Source of the DNA: Heterodontus francisci
Taxonomy: Eukaryota
DNA length: 64,000 nucleotides
Direction of reading: 5' to 3'
Assembly (NCBI RefSeq): GCF_036365525.1
Contig: NC_090393.1
Span: 7,347,572 to 7,411,571 of the forward strand
Below are positions 59,905 to 64,000 of this stretch, in pieces. The notes below the pieces were generated by a model that was given only the letters and a program-made list of their open reading frames with translations, was not told where the DNA came from and searched no databases. Numbering within the stretch: the first letter of the stretch is position 1; every line of letters starts with the position of its first letter. The position numbers were made by a program, and so were the translations under genes.

Positions 59905-60760
59905 TAATAGAATGTTGGCCTTTGTCTCAAAATGGCTGTAATATAAACGGGTGTAAGTTATGCTCCTATTGTATGAAGTTCTGGTCAGACTCCAACCGGA
60001 GTAACTGCGTTCAATTCCGGTCAGACTCCATCCGAAGTAACTGCGTTCAGTTCCGGTCAGACCCCATCCGGAGTAACTGTGTTCAGTTCCGGTCAGACCC
60101 CATCCGGAGTAACTGTGTTCAGTTCCGGTCAGACCCCATCCGGAGTAACTGTGTTCAGTTCCGGTCAGACCCCATCCGGAGTAACTGTGTTCAGTTCCGG
60201 TCAGACCCCATCCGGAGTAACTGTGTTCAGTTCCGGTCAGTCCCCATCCGGAGTTTCTGCGTTCAGTTCCAGTCAGACCCCATCCGGAGTAACTGTGTTC
60301 AGTTCCGGTCAGACCCCATCCGGAGTAACTGTGTTCAGTTCCGGTCAGACCCCATCCGGAGTTTCTGCGTTCAGTTCCAGTCAGACCCCATCCGGAGTAA
60401 CTGTGTTCAGTTCCGGTCAGACTCCATCCGGAGTAACTGCGTTCAGTTCCGGTCAGACTCCATCCGGAGTAACTGCGTTCAGTTCCGGTCAGGCCCCATC
60501 CGGAGTAACTGCATTCAGTTCCGGTCAGACCCCATTCGGAGTAACTGTGTTCAGTTCTGGGCCCCGCACCTCAGGAAGGAGGTATTGGCCTAGGAGGGGG
60601 TGCAGTGCAGATTCACCAGAATGATCCCGGGGCTAAAAAGGCCAAAATTATAAGGGCAGGTTGCATAGACTAGGCTTGTATAGGCGAGTATAGAAGATTA
60701 AGGGGTGATCTAATGAAAATGTTTAAGATGATTAAAGAATTTGATAGGGTAGATAGAGGT
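59905..60760 (+). mobile_element. CR1 ORF2 C-terminal fragment hosting a minisatellite
   Basis: agaatgttggcctttgtctcaa before the array; CVQFWAPHLRKEVLA...cagattcaccagaatgat after it. Confidence 0.8.
59981..60560 (+). repeat. 36-bp minisatellite (about 16 copies) derived from CR1 coding sequence
   Basis: Unit gtcagaccccatccggagtaactgtgttcagttccg corresponds to the LVRPHLEYCVQFW codons. Confidence 0.93.
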
Positions 60761-61129
60761 ATTGGAGTGGGGAGTTGTGGGAGTGACTTCTACTTGATGT
60801 TTCACTTTACATTGGCTGCCTAATCAATCTAATCTGTGATTGGTTGAAGAAACAGCCAATGCAGGGGTTTGATATTAAGGTTACGAGTGCCAGACATCAG
60901 TCAAGTGGCACTTCAGACTGTTACACCACTTCATCTCTGTGGTTACTCTTCCGTAAACTGGCCTGAGATTACCATCTCAGTAGTGATAGAAACAGGAGCT
61001 TTACATCCTGACAAAAGAAGCTCTCTTTAGAGAAATAGCTTTTGAGGTTGTTTGAACATAAAATATCAGATTTTTTTTTATTCTTTCCAGATTGTTCAGA
61101 CACCTTTTCTGCTTTGCGAGCTAATTTCT

Positions 61130-61790
61130 ATCTCTCCACCATTAGCGGCCGTGTCTGCAACTGTCTGGGTCCCAAACTCTGGAATTCCCTCCCTAACCCT
61201 CTCCGCCCCATTAGTTCTCACTGCTTCTCCAAGACGCCTCTTAAAACCTACCTCTGACCAAGCTTTGGGTCACCGGTCCGAAAATCTCCTGCTTTGGATC
61301 AGTGTCAAGGGTTGTTGAATTTACGCTCCTGTGAAGTGCCTTGGGATGTTTTACTAGATTCTTTTTTTCTTTCTTTTGGGCCTCCTTATCTCGAGAGACA
61401 ATGGATACGCGCCTGGAGGTGGTCAGTGGTTTGTGAAGCAGCGCCTGGAGTGGCTATATAGGCCAATTCTGGAGTGACAGGCTCTTCCACAGGTGCTGCA
61501 GAGAAATTTGTTTGTTGGGGCTGTTGCACAGTTGGCTCTCCCCTTGCGCCTCTGTCTTTTTTCCTGCCAACTACTAAGTCTCTTCGACTCGCCACAATTT
61601 AGCCCTGTCTTTATGGCTGCCCGCCAGCTCTGGCGAATGCTGGCAACTGACTCCCACGACTTGTGATCAATGTCACACGATTTCATGTCGCGTTTTGCAG
61701 ACGTCTTTATAACGGAGACATGGACGGCCGGTGGGTCTGATACCAGTGGCGAGCTTAAGGAGATATATAAATGCAAGTTGTTGTTGTTTG
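61130..61790 (+). mobile_element. L2 3' end interrupted by an RTE insertion
   Basis: gggatgttttacta resumes as tatataaatgcaagttgttgttg. Confidence 0.75.
61360..61755 (-). mobile_element. RTE LINE 3' fragment
   Basis: KRDMKSCDIDHKSWES...FLCSTCGRACHSRIGLYSHSRRC; no clear TSD. Confidence 0.93.
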
Positions 61791-62315
61791 AGCTGGTAAG
61801 CAAAAGATGCGCTTCTGTACATGGGGTTATTGGAAGGTCACTCTGAGCAAAACAATTTCAAAAAGCACAGGATTTAATAGAATGAAAAGTGTAAATCCAA
61901 AGTGTGAGTTCCTTCAGCTGAACAACTCTGCCTTAGGAGTTTGGGACAAGTTAAAGGGTTTCCCTTTTTTAGTTCCCTGCACCCCCTCTCTCTCCATCCT
62001 GTCCTTCATGTGTTGACTTTACCAACATGCATTTCCAACAGGCCCCAGAGACCCTTCGCCATAGTGCCCACTCTTCATGTGTGAGCCTGATCAGTGCTAT
62101 TGAACTAAAAAAGGCATCACTGTGCCATAACTCCACATCGACAAATGCACAACTTTCACAACGGTTGTGGGGGGAAGGGGAACCATCACCCCCTCCCTCC
62201 AACCAATTACTTTGAGCTAATTTTATATGTCAGGATTCAGTCAATACTGAACGGCTGCACAGGATTGGACATCATCAAGGTCATGCTGTGGCAAGTTAGC
62301 CAAATATGGACTTTG

Positions 62316-63085
62316 ACCTCCCCACCACCTCTGCTGCCCCCACTCCCCTCTCCCCACTGTCCCCACTCCCCACTCTCCCCCACTTTCCCCCACTCCCCTC
62401 TCCCCACTCCCCCTCCCCACTCCCCCCTCTCCCCTCCTCCCCTCTCCCCCTCCCCTCTCCCCCACTCTCCCCCACTCCCCTCTCCCACCTCTCTCCCACT
62501 CTTCCCCACTCCCCTCTCCCCTCTCCCTCTCCCCCACTGTCCCCCACTCCCCTCTCCCCTCTCCCTCTCCCCCACTCTCCCCCACTCTCCCCCACTCCCC
62601 TCTCCCCCACTCTCCCCACTCCCACCTCTCTCCCACTCTTCCCCACTCCCCTCTCCCCTCTCCCTCTCCCCCACTCTCCCCCACTCCCCTCTCCCTCTCC
62701 CCCACTCTCCCCCACTCCCCTCCCCTCTCCCCACTCCCCCCTCTCCCCNNNNNNNNNNNNNNNNNNNNNNNNNNNNNNNNNNNNNNNNNNNNNNNNNNNN
62801 NNNNNNNNNNNNNNNNNNNNNNNNNNNNNNNNNNNNNNNNNNNNNNNNNNNNNNNNNNNNNNNNNNNNNNNNNNNNNNNNNNNNNNNNNNNNNNNNNNNN
62901 NNNNNNNNNNNNNNNNNNCCTCCCCTCTCCCCCACTCTCCCCCACTCTCCCACTCTCCCCACTCCCACTCTCCCCACTCCCACCTCTCCCCCACTCTTCC
63001 CCACTCCCCTCTCCCCTCTCCCCCCCACTCTCCCCTCACCCCCACTCCCCTCTCCTCACTCTCCCCACTCCCCCATTCTCTGCAC
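62316..63085 (+). repeat. C-rich low-complexity repeat (CCCCACT/CCCCTCT) spanning the assembly gap
   Basis: Directly visible. Confidence 0.95.
62749..62918. other. Assembly gap (170 N)
   Basis: Run of N. Confidence 1.
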
Positions 63086-64000
63086 TCTCCTGCTCTTCAT
63101 TAAGTAATAAATGCTGACCTTCACCAGCAATGCCCACATCCCGAGAATGAATAAAACAATCGTTTGGTTGACTGATTTGTACCCTCTTATCTTGCTGAGA
63201 GTGTTTTTTTTTCGCCCCAAATTAATCAAACGCTTGATTGCTGTTTAAATTAACCTTTCTTTCCTGCAGGCATTTATACAAAGGGAAATTGTTGAGTAAA
63301 TGATGAATGTTTACTCGATCTTATGCAGATAGTTCACACTGCATAACATGTTCAAATATGCATGATTAGCCCACTAAATAATATTGTTTAGATGCATATT
63401 CAGTCAGCAGTTAATAAGTTCCATTGCCTTCTTGAACATAGTTTGCAGCACATTGTTTATTTAAGGGTTTTAGTTTCCTGGAAGAGAATTTCACCAAGTT
63501 CCTGCCTCCTTTCCAAGAATGAGCGATTACCCTGGGCTGAGTCCATTCACAGTGATGACTGCACACTTCTTCCAGGAAACGACTCCAATTTTAAAATAAA
63601 CACGCTGATTAATGGTTCTGTGCAAAGACGCAGAGAAGCCCAATCAAGAATTTTTGATTTCTCAGAGCCTTCCACAGAATCTCAATTGCACAGTCCCTCC
63701 TTTAACAAAAGAAGCAGAAGAATTCATCGCGTCGGAGGGTAATGTTTAACCTCTCCCCACAAGCAGGGTGGGACAGGGTCAGGGGTTAAATCGGCAAATA
63801 TCTGAAACCTTACCCCAACCCGTCATGAACACTCCCTGCTTCCTGATTAACTGGGAAGGTTTTGGGAGAGATTGAGTAACCTGCTCTGGAGAGGCAGCTC
63901 CTTCATTATAATATCTTAACGAGGCACCGCTCCTCAGATTTGGGCAGCAATAAATTTAACAGCTGTGTCCAGATTTTCCCAGGGCACGGCGAACCCCAAG

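Noticed and set aside
59889-60624. 234-aa and 181-aa repeat ORFs
   Set aside because: Products of the 36-bp CR1-derived array.
62145-63107. Pro/Ser- and Gly/Glu-rich ORFs
   Set aside because: Low-complexity DNA read through an N gap.
63392-63742. 116-aa ORF with an apparent donor at its end
   Set aside because: No recognisable domain; the gggtaatgtttaac end looks like the terminus of another GC-rich repeat running to the window edge.

Overview
Vertebrate nuclear DNA, almost certainly from a shark or ray. This is inferred from the repeat repertoire: HE1-type V-SINEs, SacSINE1-like Deu-domain SINEs, HER1/CR1, L2 and RTE LINEs, a Tx1-like LINE, Penelope fragments and solo LTRs. The window is intronic or intergenic, with a 170-N assembly gap at 62749-62918. 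I cannot identify any host protein-coding gene; the long ORFs in the track are retroelement remnants or translations of tandem/low-complexity repeats. A frame-compatible chain of small minus-strand GT-AG segments (18.6 kb to 0.56 kb) is offered only as a weak hypothesis. Most interesting signals: (1) a minimal hammerhead ribozyme motif in a Penelope fragment, plus a second fragment ending exactly at its predicted cleavage site; (2) four minisatellites born inside SINE/LINE bodies, two from the same SINE hairpin; (3) many nested insertions with readable target-site duplications (TSDs), including a 33-bp RTE insertion and a Tx1-like insertion with a fold-back junction. Family names come from recall, not a database search. 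Boundaries without a TSD are approximate.
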